From NCBI RefSeq assembly GCF_006345805.1, contig NC_043020.1, forward strand, positions 9,858,001-9,922,000: 64,000 bases of DNA, given 5' to 3'. Below the pieces are notes generated by a model. The model worked only from the letters and a program-made list of their open reading frames with translations, did not search any database and was not told the origin of the DNA. Positions 27,560 through 40,577 of this stretch are shown here, one piece after another. Position 1 is the first letter of the stretch. Every line of letters begins with the position of its first letter. Origin of the DNA: Octopus sinensis. Its lineage: Eukaryota. The translations under genes were made by a program, and so were the position numbers.

Positions 27560-28360
27560 CAGGTGCCATTATATTAAACATTTGCGAAAATTTTCAAATT
27601 CCTCTTGTTAGTGTTAATAGAGTTATAGTGCAATTCAAAAGTCAAGTAAAAGAATCAACAGATTCTCGTCCCGGCCGACCTGGGCCCTCGGAAAGGTAGC
27701 TTCGCTGTTTGCAGAGAAGTGTGGAAAACGAATCCAGATCGAACGCTCCTGACATTGCTAAACAGCTAGAAGTTAGTCCAAGAACGTGTGTTACATATCT
27801 GCATGAGCTTGGGTATTATATACGAGCAGCTAGAAGAAAACTTCTCCTTCAACCAATTAATATCATAAAAAGAAAGAAATGGGCTAAGGATATGTCAGAA
27901 AATCCAGTTCATTTTTGGATAGAGTGATTTTCTCAGATGAATCCATATTTGCATTATTTTCAGACAGTGAACGTGTTTGGGACAGGAGGCTTCCAAATCA
28001 AGAATTTGATTTGAAACGACTCCAACCAACTGTGAAACACGGTGGTATCTCTGTAATGGTATGGGGAGCTGTTACCAGCAATGGTCGTTCTGAGCTGATC
28101 GAATGTGTTGGAACCATAAACTCTGAAAAATACATCGAAATGCTAAAGCAATGACATCTTCCGAGGTATTTACACGATAACATAAGGGAAAAAGAGATTT
28201 TATTCATGGAAGATGGGGCTCTATGTCACATAGCGAAAGGGAATCAGCAATGTCTGACTGAAACTGGGATCGAAAAGGTTCCTTGACCAAGCCAATCTCC
28301 TGACATGAACCCAATTGAAAATCTTTGGAGCATTCCTGATAGAGCTATACGAAAATCTCG
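27560..28360 (+). pseudogene. Decayed Tc1-family transposase
   Basis: PGRP, VIFSDES, TVKHGGISVMVWG, EDGA..CH and QSPDMNPIENLW, broken by stops and frameshifts. Confidence 0.85.
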
Positions 28361-29103
28361 ACAGCGTAAAAGCAAAATATTATCGTTTGTTGGTTCTTCA
28401 TCCCCCCACCACCACCCATCCCGGCACCACCACCACCACCCATTAAATTCAGTCAACCAGATCAATCATTAATGGCATTGAAGTCATGGCCGTCTTACAC
28501 TTTTGCCTAGCTAGGTCTCCAAAGTTGTTCCTTCCAAAAAGTAGTTATATGTGGAATGAGAATGATTTTGCTGCTATTATTGGCAGGTCAAGACACCACA
28601 TACGCTAGTTGGTTAATTTATTTGTGGATATTTTTTTTGCTTTCAGAAAAGTCTGTAATTCTTCACCAACATTACCACTATTCTATAATCCTCGATTTTA
28701 GATTGATTAGAAAGTTTTGAGCTCTAATGGTCATTGCGCCTTTTCCAGAAATCGAAAATGTATCACAAACTCGTCAAGTTGTATGATAGTATGCTTTCTT
28801 CAATTGTAGCACCTGTTAATTATAATGAGGTAGGGAAATAATTTATTTGGCTTTTGTTCTTAATTTCAAAACTTTATTCATTGATATCGATATTCATAGT
28901 TTACAAATTGAAAGGAATTCTAAAAACAAAATCTATATTACTATATTATTTATTTACACAAAAGCTAAAAAATATCTTGAAAGTGCTCTATTGAAATATT
29001 TGAATGAAATTTAATTAATGTTCAAACAATATCGCAATGAATGGTAAAACATATGTTGTGTAGCAATCAATAACGTATTTAATATTAATTAGGTATATGT
29101 ACC

Positions 29104-29111
29104 TATAAATA
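29104..29111 (+). promoter_or_regulatory. TATA box of gene B (TATAAATA)
   Basis: Consensus TATA 94 nt upstream of the ATG. Confidence 0.7.
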
Positions 29112-29197
29112 TAACGAGAGTTTTCACTATAAGTATTCAACGCCTTCCTGAACTACTGCTGAGACCGTCTGAAGTCACACTAAAACCATCTTTCAAC

Positions 29198-29237
29198 ATG
29201 TACAAGTTTATGCTTATTGCTGCCCTCTTTGTTGCCG
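29198..29237 (+). CDS. Gene B coding exon 1 (signal peptide MYKFMLIAALFVA-G)
   Basis: caacATG Kozak-like context, donor G|gtgagt, 40 nt. Confidence 0.88.
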
Positions 29238-31210
29238 GTGAGTCCAGATTTGAATAATATTTTGCTTTATATCTTTTATAATTTATACTTGAAAACCGTT
29301 GCAATGCGCTTAGCAAGTCCCTAAATATATGACATAACTTGTTGTTAAATGATAGATTTATTGATTATAGAGAGATGAAAGTAGAGTTTGATTTACATAC
29401 ACACGAGATATGCTGTGAGAATGATAAGGCCTACATGAAGTGCAATAGCTTGAAGAATCCCCATCCAAAACAATACCATTCAGGGGAATAAGACGGTCGA
29501 AATGTTAAACATTGTTAAATTGGAACCAATGGTTACCCACTGTTCATTTGATCTGAAAGTTGGGTTGTATTTGTAGAAATCGACAACAGATGAAACATTG
29601 TAGATGACGACGAATTGTTAATAGATAACATGTTCTTTGTTGATATTATTTCCTAAGGTCGATGTCTCTATTTACTATTAAGCTGTGTATTATAAGGGGA
29701 CAAATGAAAATGGTGACATGAGTCAAGACAATGGCATAAAAAGTAAAAGACCGTGAAATGGAGGTAGTCAAGGCAGAGAATAAGACGAGAGAAACGAAAG
29801 ATAGGCACCAACTTCCACCAATTAACCCATTCATAAAATATACTAAATAAAAAATGTGAGCGTTGTGTGAGTGTCTGTCTTTCATCTTTCGATGTAATCT
29901 GTAATTCGATCAGCCACCAATGAATAGAGAGCGTTTAATAGATTCCCACCCTACCCAGTAGATTTTGGATTATAAGCTACCTTCAATCGTTTCCTCTACA
30001 TAAGTACAGATATACATAGGTTTAACAAGCCATGGATATTAGTGTATAAAATTATGCACTATCTTAATTTAATCTCTACATGTGCATTCCGTTATGTAAC
30101 CCATTAATCCAAATATATATTTTAATGTTTAATCTATCGATATATTGATCTTTCATTGGTGAATATACCAGATTGATATTTTAAGGTGTCAATAAGTCAA
30201 TTTGATTCTTTTTAATCTTGCAATAGAGCTGATGGACATGTTAATGTGTGAGTATATCCAATAGATGTTTAAATCTCTGTATATATCAGGTGAATATATA
30301 ACGAATATTTCCTAGTAATATCGTATAATTTATTGCAAATATATTATCACATAGATTTATATATTTGTAGGAATTAAAAAATCCCCAGAAATATTTACAT
30401 TTCTAAATATTTAATCATTGTTTTCAGGTGCATATGGCGAGTGTAATACAGGCGTAGCCGTCGGTTGTCTTGTTGGCAAAATTAACGAAGTAGCAACAAA
30501 CCTTAACCGTTCTGATTTATGCAGGTAAGATGATGAATTTCTTTCTGGAAGGACTCTTTGATTCTTACCTTTGCTTTTGATCCTACCTCACATAATCTAA
30601 CGTCTGCGGGCTTTATACTATTTGAATAAGTGTCCCTTTCAATATTCGATTTGAAGTGTTTATGCGCGTATGTGTGTTTGTACGCATACATACATACATA
30701 CATACATACATACATACATACATACATACATACATACATACATTCTACATACATAAAAACATAAATACATACATGCATGGAATATATGTAACATACTAAG
30801 TACCAATCTTGAGAACATGGGCATCTCAAAACCAGAAAGGAGAAAGCTGATTCCAAAACTACAGTCCCAAGTCATCAATGGCACTGTAAATATCTGTAAA
30901 ACGTTCCAGAGGTTTATCATTGAAGTATATATGTGCTTGTCTGGATATGCAAATACATGGATGAGAATACATACATAAAACAAAACATACACATTTACAC
31001 ACGTACTGACTCCAAATACTGCACATATACAGACATGCATGCAAAAATACCTTTTTGATGTTGTTGATGCTGCAATAAAAGAACTTTGGATTTAAGTTAG
31101 AAACCGGCTCTTTCTCTATTGGCAAGGATTCTTGAATTAAAACTGAATAATGACGTGCATACCCATAAATAAATACATACATATATACATAATACATACA
31201 TACACATACA

Positions 31211-31242
<32 letters not shown>

Positions 31243-33810
31243 CATACATACATACATACATGCATACATACATACATACATACAGATATACATGTATATA
31301 TGTATTTATAGACGTATGCATGTATATGTTTACGTATTATCCGTATCTGATTACTGTGTGTATATAAATAATTAGAGGAGATAATTTCAACATCAATCAC
31401 CATCATGTTTTTGTGTTTTGGATTAGAAACATATTCTATTGGTTACACATAATCATTTTCGTAAATGATTTTAACGATGCGACCCTCGAGACAATTATCA
31501 TTTGAGACAAACAAACAACATTTAACATTTAATATCTCATTTACGCATTCTATTCGTGTTTAGTACAATGTAGAAATAACCATGTTTATTGCGATTCTAT
31601 TCCAGTGACTTGACCAGCGTTGCTAATTGCATGGCCGCAGCAGACTGCGCAGGAAATGCAGCATTCTTGACCTCCATGTGCGGTATGTAATAGTTTAATA
31701 TTCATCATCACACACACGTATACACACGTACAGAAGGACATACACACAATCACACACAGTGGCACGCACGTACACACACATACACACACCAGCTGGCACG
31801 CTTGCACACGCTTACGAACTTTATATGTATATATTGCATCTGCTCTCTCTCTCTCTCTCTCTCTCCTCTCACCTGTTTCGCCCGTCACCCGTCTCCAGAT
31901 TCCCCTCACCTACCACCCCTCCAACCTTCCTCTCCAGCAATATTCTCCGGGTTTTCCCGTGACTCAAGTCCGACCCCTCCACTTCGCACATCTTACCTAA
32001 CCTCTCCTTCCCATCCTTCAGACGAGCACACAACCTACGTGACCTCCTAGCCCACAGTTTCTTCCCTCACCCCACCTACCATCCCGGCTAGGTCCTCTGC
32101 TCAAGCCTACGCTGCTGCACTTGCCTCTATCGCTCCAACACCACACTCATCACAGGTACCCATCATTGACCATTATCATATTATTGACTTCTACACCTGC
32201 ACCTCTAGCAACGTTATCTACTGCATCACCAGCTCTCCCACTGTCCTTCTCTATACATCGGTCAAACGGGACGCCGCTTGCCTGACCGGTTCCCGGAACA
32301 CCTCCGAGAGATCAGACACCTCGGCCTCGCGCTATTTCCGCTCTACCGGTCATTCTTTACAACCCCTATCTCTGTTCGTATCGTGCTTGCACGGGAGCAT
32401 TCGGTCTCTTCGCTCCTTTGCGTCACATGGGCTCAACACTCCTCCTCTCTTCATCTAACTTCCCTGGTCTCTCCTCCCTTCCTCTCACACCTACTTTCTC
32501 TCTTCACTCCTACCCACCTCTCCTCTCTTGCTCTGACTTCCCTTCGTCAATCTGTTTATTTTCTCGTGTTCCTTTCTGTTGAAGAGCGTAGGCTTGAAAC
32601 GTAAAAGACTGTCTCATCTTCCCGAGCGTTAAACTAATACACATCTATGTTGTTTACACACGCGTCTTCGTCCTTTGGCTTTTTGTAATTTCCAGCTACA
32701 TATATATATATATATATGCGCATGCATATATGCATGAATGTATGTATACATATACGACTGTGCGTATACAAATTTTCATTTATATTTCAGATGACGCCAA
32801 CTGCAATGTTAACGTCGGTACCGAATGTATTCTGAGATTGGGTGCTGGTTTGGGAATTTTGTCCAGCGGTGCTGCTGCGTAAGAATACTTTATTTATTTT
32901 GTTGTGTATTATAACTATCGTTTTCTTTTAATTTGCGTGTATATATTAAGACGCGTATGTGATTATGTGAGTGCTTGGATTAATGTCGTCGTGTGTTTGT
33001 GTGTGTGTGAGAGAGAAGGAGAGAGAAATAGAAGGAGGATAGAGATGAGAGTGATTCAAGTTTTTATCTAAGAGATACTCGTTTCAGGAAAAGCTCACTC
33101 GGCATAATACAAAATGCGGAGAAAAACGAGGCGGGTTCAAAACCACAAAATGGATAATCCACCGACGCAATTCACACATTCTGGAAAATCAGTGTAGATT
33201 TACTTTATATGTGTGTCACTGTTTATTTGTGTGTGTGTGTGTGTGTGTATGTGTGTGTGTGTGTTTGTGTGTGCTTGTGTTTGTGTGTATGAGTGTATGT
33301 GTGTGTACTGATATGTTTGTCCAGTACAATTTAACGCCCAAATTGTTTAACAACCAGTTTTTAGACGACCATGTGTATATCGGTTCTTGTGTGGTAATTG
33401 TATACTTGTTATGAAATCCAGTATCATGTTTTACATAAATTATATGCAGACAATCAAAGAAATCTTGGGAAAGTATTTATAAGATATTAAGGTACAACAT
33501 GATATGCAAGAGAGTCAAGACTATTGAAAAGGTTGGAAGATGCAACGAAAATTTTAGGAAAATTAAAATAAGAGACAGGTGGAAATTTTACCGGTGCGTG
33601 TGTTACATTATAAGGCACGAAAATAAAAATGACTGTCTCCAGACACAACATCATATACACGTTCATTAACCTGCAGATTGGCTACATAAGATGAACTGCA
33701 TAATCAACGTTTGCATGAGATCATAGGAGTCCCGTCTGATACGATTGAAACAAATAAAATAATAAAAGAATATACATACATACGTAATATATAATTATAT
33801 ATATATATCT

Positions 33811-33841
<31 letters not shown>

Positions 33842-34339
33842 TAAGTATATTATATATATATGCATATATTTGTATATACATGGGTTCGATATCGCTTTCA
33901 GCTATTTCCATTCATTTACGCGTCAACTTTACAAATTCTGCCGTTCATGATTATTAATCTGGAGGAATGATTACCTCACCTCTGCCGCCCCGCAAGAGAT
34001 AATCGCACTAACCTTCCACGCGGGAGTTAAGGACGAAACACTTCTCTGAATCACCAATGACTTTAGTAAAGAAACATGTCTATATCGTATAATTTAATGT
34101 TATTGCAATATCTCTTTCTGTTGACAATAAGCTTACTGATTATCGCACTAAAGAATTCATTTTATATCATTGAACTAATGAAAGAACGCAGTTCGATGAT
34201 TGTTTGAGATTCTCGACATCGAAATGACTGTCTTAATTTTCGATTCATTTCAGCGGTGCATCAGCTCTCGGAGCTTGCATTGGCGGTTCCCTGTGTATGG
34301 CCCCAGAGTTGGTTCCACTCAAAACCGGAAATGTTTGTG
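29198..34339 (+). CDS. Gene B: small secreted cysteine-rich protein, paralog of gene A; exons 29198-29237, 30428-30524, 31606-31682, 32791-32878, 34254-34339, plus an unresolved terminal exon
   Basis: GT..AG introns of phase 1,2,1,2,1 give MYKFMLIAALFVAGAYGECNTGVAVGCLVGKINEVATNLNRSDLCSDLTSVANCMAAADCAGNAAFLTSMCDDANCNVNVGTECILRLGAGLGILSSGAAAGASALGACIGGSLCMAPELVPLKTGNVC... (129 aa to this point). It has a signal peptide, one N-R-S sequon and the same Cys pattern as gene A. Confidence 0.88.
30428..30524 (+). CDS. Gene B exon 2 (AYGECNTGVAVGCLVGKINEVATNLNRSDLC)
   Basis: Acceptor cattgttttcag, donor AG|gtaaga, 97 nt. Confidence 0.9.
31606..31682 (+). CDS. Gene B exon 3 (DLTSVANCMAAADCAGNAAFLTSMC)
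   Basis: Acceptor attctattccag, donor G|gtatgt, 77 nt. Confidence 0.88.
31862..32700 (+). mobile_element. Penelope-like element 3' remnant (GIY-YIG + pLTR) in gene B intron 3
   Basis: Degenerate translation CTSSNVIYCI..CPSLYIGQTGRRLPDRFPEHLREI; hammerhead-like motif at 32572-32609; ends in (TA)n. Confidence 0.8.
32791..32878 (+). CDS. Gene B exon 4 (DANCNVNVGTECILRLGAGLGILSSGAA)
   Basis: Acceptor catttatatttcag, donor GC|gtaaga, 88 nt. Confidence 0.88.
34254..34339 (+). CDS. Gene B exon 5 (GASALGACIGGSLCMAPELVPLKTGNVC)
   Basis: Acceptor gattcatttcag, donor G|gtaagt, 86 nt. Confidence 0.88.
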
Positions 34340-34548
34340 GTAAGTATTTCACAAAAATTTAATTTACTTTACTCATTACGACTGTAGTTACTACCACAGT
34401 TAAAGGAACTGAATCTCAAAGATTTGTATTTCGTCAAAGATGGTACGCAACATCTTTATCCACTCACCGGATTTGTAAGAGCTACACAATATCGCAAATA
34501 ACGGAAGGACGATAAACTAAACACTTTTCTAAATTTTATTGTTTATAG

Positions 34549-34571
34549 AAAGTATTGAAGTCTGTTTGTAA
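34549..34571 (+). CDS. Candidate terminal exon of gene B (E-SIEVCL-stop)
   Basis: Nearest plausible phase-1 acceptor (aaattttattgtttatag), resembling the last acceptor of gene A. There is no clear AATAAA nearby and other candidates exist (e.g. near 39956 and 50005), so this is uncertain. Confidence 0.3.
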
Positions 34572-34978
34572 ATACTTGACATCATATCAGATTGCCTAAG
34601 CCCTTCACTCAGCGCAGCAATTTGATCAGGTTATCAGTTCTGCTCTAGAATATGTATTGTGTGGCTATGAATGCGTAAAGCTAGTATTGTGACAAGTTTT
34701 CCGTGTAAAAGTATTTCGAAGCTCCCCATCTTTGCTAAGGTTTCTTGGTCTAACAGTTATGTAGGACGTATGTCCCCTTTTAGCCGTATCGGTCGATAAC
34801 CAGGATTCGATTCATTGTGCCCATCACACTACACCGTTTTATAATAGGGTTGCAATTGCAACGATTTCTAATCGGTGCAACTGAAACGTGTTGGTCTTAA
34901 AAGGCGGCAGATACTTATTACAGAATTACAGGTAATGCTATTGCTACTTCGCAGTAAATGTTATTTTTCATATTGTCA

Positions 34979-35014
<36 letters not shown>

Positions 35015-35084
35015 ATGTATAATTAAATACATACAAACACGATCACATCTACTCACACAAATATATATATATGTTAGTTAGAGT

Positions 35085-35326
35085 GGAGGCCATCACTATC
35101 ACATCGCAACTGCGCTGGGTGGAACATGTTTGCAGGATGGAGGGCAGCAGGCTCCGAAATGCATTATTTTATACTGAACTGCGTAAGAACGAGCAGAGCA
35201 GTGGAGCAAGATGTTGCAATATAGGGATGTGCAGAAGAGGTACATAAGGAACTCCGGCATCTCACCAGTCCCCTGGGAGAGAAGGCCCTGCGCCGCGATG
35301 AATGGCACCGATCACTGAGGCTGATA
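35085..35326 (+). mobile_element. Decayed RTE-clade LINE fragment running into the assembly gap
   Basis: Degenerate LRWVEHVCRMEGSRL..LFYTEL and GISP.PWE motifs. Confidence 0.6.
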
Positions 35327-35426
35327 NNNNNNNNNNNNNNNNNNNNNNNNNNNNNNNNNNNNNNNNNNNNNNNNNNNNNNNNNNNNNNNNNNNNNNNNNN
35401 NNNNNNNNNNNNNNNNNNNNNNNNNN
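35327..35426. other. Assembly gap (100 N)
   Basis: Run of N. Confidence 1.
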
Positions 35427-35515
35427 CCCCAGGAGGACACACTCCTCCAGCTGGCCATAGACACACTTTCTGTGTCCTGTCAGTATTTGCAAAGGGAAGT
35501 CATCCTTCCCGTCTT

Positions 35516-35584
35516 CAACTTATGATACACACGGCCTCGAGTTTCGAGGTATTGACCTCTCGTCAGCGTGTGACATCATAGTTG
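35516..35584 (-). ncRNA. Second hammerhead copy (perfect stem II, cleavage triplet mutated to GGC)
   Basis: Reverse complement reads CACACG-CTGACGA-GAGGT-caat-ACCTC-GAAA-CTCGAG-GC-CGTGTG. Confidence 0.75.
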
Positions 35585-36028
35585 TCGGCGAGAATTAGAT
35601 TTCCTTCACAAATATACCTTTTTTCCAGCGTCCACTGTCGCTGATATTGAAAAAGTGAAATCAAACAATGATAAATATCAAAGTGAGTTATATACAGTAG
35701 CGGTAACCACATCGTGACGTATATTTGCCATCTCAATATGGCTACACCTAAGGGTGGATGCTACTGTAGGACACATACTGACAGGACACAGAAAGTGGTT
35801 CTATGGCCAGCTGGAGGAGTGTGTCCTCCTGGGGCTAAAAACTACAGTAGCATCCACCGTTAGGGGTAGCCATATTGAGATGGCAAATATACGTCACGAT
35901 GTGTTACCGCTACTGTATATAACTCACTTTGATATTTATCATTGTTTGATTTCACTTTTTCAATATCAGCGACAGTGGACGCTGGAAAAAGTAATAAGTA
36001 TTTGTGAAGGAAATCTAATTCTCGCCGA

Positions 36029-36098
36029 CAACTATGATTGTCACACGCTGACGAGAGGTCAATACCTTGAAACTCGAGTCCGTGTGTATCATAAGTTG
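36029..36098 (+). ncRNA. Type I hammerhead ribozyme
   Basis: CAAC-TATGAT-tgt-CACACG-CTGACGA-GAGGT-caat-ACCTT-GAAA-CTCGAG-TC|CGTGTG-t-ATCATA-a-GTTG: full core, GUC site (cut after 36080), extended stem I. Confidence 0.85.
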
Positions 36099-36687
36099 AA
36101 GACGGAAGGATGACTTCCCTTGCAAATACTGACAGGACACAGAAAGTGTGTCTATGGCCAGCTGGAGGAGTGTGTCCTCCTGGGGCTAAAAACTACAGTA
36201 GCATCCACCCTTAGGGGTAGCCATTTTGAGATGGCAAATATACGTCACGATGTGTTACCGCTACTGTATATAACTCACTTTGATATTTATCATTATATAT
36301 ATATATATATATATATAGGTAAACGATAAAAAAACACAAACTGGGACAAGAACGTGAAACATTTTGAAGACGACAAAAAAACACACATATATATTAAATA
36401 GAAATATGTTACAAAAAGGAAAAGAGAAACTACACGTAGAATATATATATATATATATATTGTTGTATTAGAATGGATGGTCATTTTGCCCGTTTTAGCC
36501 AATAAAAACACCACGCACTATATATTTGGTGTTACTTTGCTTCAGTGTTATTTATTTTTTACATTAACTTAATCTTATTTCGGCCAGAGTTCTTTGGCTA
36601 AACTGGCAAATGACCATTCCTAAATACAACAATATCTGTTTCAACACACGACTTCACATAAAAAATCTTGCACAACAATATTTAAAC

Positions 36688-36724
<37 letters not shown>

Positions 36725-36860
36725 TATATATATATATATATATACGTAAGAGTCGAACGATGAAAATGAGTGCTCATACCGCGCATTGGTAGATAGAGTT
36801 TATTTACTCTTTTACTTGTTTTAGTCATTTGAAACAAGTATGTGTGTGTGTGTGTGTGTG

Positions 36861-37239
36861 TGGAGGCGCAATGCCCAGTGGTTAGGGCAGCGAACCTCGC
36901 GGTGTAGGATCGCGCTTTCGATTCCCAGACCGAGCGTTGTGAGTATTTATTGAGCGAAAACACATGAAGCTCCACGAGGTTCTGGCAGGGGATGGTGGTG
37001 ATCCCTGCTGTACTCTTTCAACACAACTTTCTCTCGCACTTTCTTCCTGTTTCTGTTACCTGTATTTCAAAGGGCCGACCTTGTCACTCTCTGTGTCACG
37101 CTGAAATATCCCCGAGAACTACGTTAAGGGTACACGTGTCTGTGGAATGCTCAGCCACTTGCACGTTAATTTCATGAGCATGCTGTTCCGTTGATTCGGA
37201 TCAACCGGAACCCTCGTCGTCGTAACCGACGGAGTGCCA

Positions 37240-37302
<63 letters not shown>

Positions 37303-37625
37303 ATATATGTATGTATGTATGTATAAATGCTTTTTTATGTCGAGTCGTAATAAAAACAGTTCAATATTAAACAAAAGAATTACTCAATACTTCTTATAGA
37401 GAATCTGTCTACTATAATTTTTACAAAGAGGCGGTGACAGTAACTTCGAAATTTCGGCCTGCAACCATCTATCATTAATCAGGCAGTCATCTTGTAAAAG
37501 TATATGTATACATACATACACATACATTCATACATACATACATACATACATACATACATACATACATACATTACATACATATATATACACATATATATAT
37601 CATATATATATACATCATATATATA

Positions 37626-37678
<53 letters not shown>

Positions 37679-39216
37679 TGTTATATGTATGTAGTTTGGT
37701 GTGCATGTATATATACATATATACATATATGTGTGTATGTGTATGTATGTATGTATGTGTATATATATTAATGCATCTGTATTGGTATGCATGTGCAATA
37801 AATACATATATATGTGCGTGTGTGTTACGCGCGTGTGCATGGGTGTGGATGTGCAATTAATAACAAGTTGCTTGACTCTAATATGTTCGTAATACACCAT
37901 GGCTCTCTCAATGATTTGGGAACATATCGCTTTTATAGTCATTTAAATTAATTAATTATATTCTTTAATTACGTAATTATAGAAAAATGTGTGCTTACTG
38001 TTAATGAAACAGCTAATGAGCACAACTAAAGTACGAACAATATGGAATATGAAGCACTCGTCGGTTACGACGACGAGGGTTCGGTTGATCCGAATCAACG
38101 AACAGCCTGCTCGTGAAATTAAATGTAAGTGGCTGAGCACTCCACAAGACACGGTGCACCTAACGTAGTTCTCGGGGATATTCAGCGTGACACAGAGAGT
38201 GACAAGGCCGGCCCTTTGAAATACAGGTACAACAGAAACAGGACAGTAAGAGAGTAGAGAAAAGTTGTGGTGAAAGAGTACAACAGGGATCACCCCCACC
38301 CCCTGCCGGAGCCTCGTGGAGCTTTTAGGTGTTTTCGCTCAATAAACACTCACAACGCCCGGTCTAGGAATCGAAATCGCGATGCTATGACCGCGAGTCC
38401 GCTGCCCTAACCTCTGGGCCATTGCGCCTCCATATGGAATATATTGTATAAACAACATGCTTAATATATTGTACTTTTACAAAATGAAAGACCTTTGTGA
38501 CTTAGGAGTTTCGTCCTGGTAGCCTTCGTCGGACTATGTACTGTACAAAACTGCATTGAGTTATTCTTCAGTTTTATGTGAAGTGTTTTTATTATAACTC
38601 GACATTATAAATCATATATTAATACGAATGTGTCTATGTATGTATCCAGATGCATCACGCATTGAGTCGAAACAGGGGCAGCTGATGAAGGGGAATTTTC
38701 CTTGTATTGTTTGTCCTGTACTCTGTTTTTCCGTTGTTAAAAAAAAGTCCGTTTCCTTGTTTTGATTTTATGTTTTACGTTTCTCGTTGTGTTCTACGTT
38801 TATTTGTGGTGTCCTGTACTCATATATGCATGTATATATACATATAGATGTAGGTATGTACATGTATATGTATGTATATATGCATATGTTTTATTTATTA
38901 AATTGTTATTAGATGTATATATGTATATACGTTTATGTAAAAGAAATGGTTTTGTAAGAAGCGAAAATGAAGGCTATACTCACAATGTGAAACACAACTA
39001 ATACAGCTTCAAAATAATGGAAGAACGGGTGTGGATGAGTTTACCTGCAGAGTCAAGATACTCTTAAATACTTGGAAATAAAAAGGAAGATTACATTATT
39101 TCAACTTCCGATAACGTTCATCAAATCGTCCATTGTTTATTGTTTACCCCGAAACACAAATGATGCCACGATACTCTTGTATATGTATGCATATATAGAC
39201 AGACAGTTAGACAGGT

Positions 39217-39305
<89 letters not shown>

Positions 39306-40357
39306 TGCATACATGCACATATGCGTAAATATGTATCTATGTGTGCATGTGCATAATTACACACGCCCACATGCACACAGACACACACACACACACACAC
39401 ACACAGAGCCTCCCTTGCGATGTTAGTATATCGATGAACGTGTTTACTCAACCACCGCCATCTTAAAACGAAAACCGGTCAAAACATGTCGCCGTTCAGC
39501 TTGCTTTTGATCTTAAGAGTTCTTCATAGAAGCTATTAGCTTAAATAATACTGGATGGATATTGTTGCGTTTTTATTATTGTTTGTATTATTTCAACAAA
39601 CCAACGTTTTATTTAAGCCTCTTTGTTGTTTTTTCGACTTGATTAAATAAACAACACGACGATAGATACCGAACACCCTGATTAGTGTTGTCAGCATTTA
39701 CAATATTAACAAATTGCAAGCCTCTTCTCGTCGCTATCATACGATTCTGCAATTTGTTTTTCTTATTTTCATACTATTTTTTGTAGCTGTTGTTGATGCT
39801 ATTGCTGTTCTTGTTGATGTTGTTGATTTTAAGGGGAAATAGTTTAGCAGATTATTACAAAGTATTGATTTCTCGTGACGAGAAACAACATGATGGTTCA
39901 ATGTGAGTGACGAGTAAATGTACGATTTTGTGGTTTTCTTCAAGCCTTTCACCAGGTCACTAACGGCTTAACGCGTGGAGGCGCAATGGCCCAGTGGTTA
40001 GGGCAGCGGACTCGCGGTCGTAGGATCGCGGTTTCGATTCGTTGTGAGTGTTTATTGAGCGAAAACACCTAAAAGCTCCACGAGGCTCCGGCAGGGGATG
40101 GTGGTGATCCCTGCTGTACTCTTTCACCACAACTTTCTCTCACTCTCACTCTTACTTCCTGTTTCTGTTGTACCTGTATTTCAAAGGGCCGGCCTTGTCA
40201 CTCTCTGTGTCACGCTGAATCTCCCCGAGAACTACGTTAAGAGTACACGTGTCTGTGGAGTGCTCAGCCACTTACACGTTAATTTCACGAGCAGGCTGTT
40301 CCGTTGATTCGGATCAACCGGAACCCTCGTCGTCGGAACCGACGGAGTGCTTCCATG
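36861..40357. mobile_element. Three SINE family B copies with tail type 1 (36861-37240 +, 38053-38432 -, 39976-40357 +)
   Basis: Shared head and a ..GGAACCCTCGTCGTCGTAACCGACGGAGTGC tail. Confidence 0.88.
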
Positions 40358-40577
40358 CCAACGGCTTAACGCTAATCGAAACATAGCCAGCGACACTGCT
40401 TTTCATTTACCCAAATAATCGTTTCACTTCAGTTCAAATCCCGCTGGAGTCGATTCAGCCTTTCACCACACCGTGGTCACTAAAATAAACAATACTAGTC
40501 CAGCACCATGATCGATTTACTCCATCACACATCACAGATCAAATGCATTACTTGAGCTTATGTTTGAGATCGCTGTT

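Larger units (their letters stand above)
35427..36295. mobile_element. 351-bp hammerhead-bearing unit: ~1.5 tandem copies on + (35771-36295) and ~1 inverted copy (35427-35769); retrozyme or pLTR-like
   Basis: ATACTGACAGGACACAGAAAG recurs at 35775 and 36126. 35427-35769 is the reverse complement of the unit. Each full unit has one hammerhead, and the block ends in (TA)n. Confidence 0.85.

Noticed and set aside
35754-36113. 119-aa ORF in the 351-bp unit
   Set aside because: It starts at a GTG spanning the inversion junction, has no recognisable motifs, and the inverted copy has indels; it is better explained as structured RNA.
38940-39090. Possible terminal exon of gene B (shares TGAAACACAACT with the gene A 3'UTR; AATAAA at ~39077)
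   Set aside because: There is no convincing polypyrimidine acceptor and the 12-nt match could be chance; it remains a fallback candidate only.
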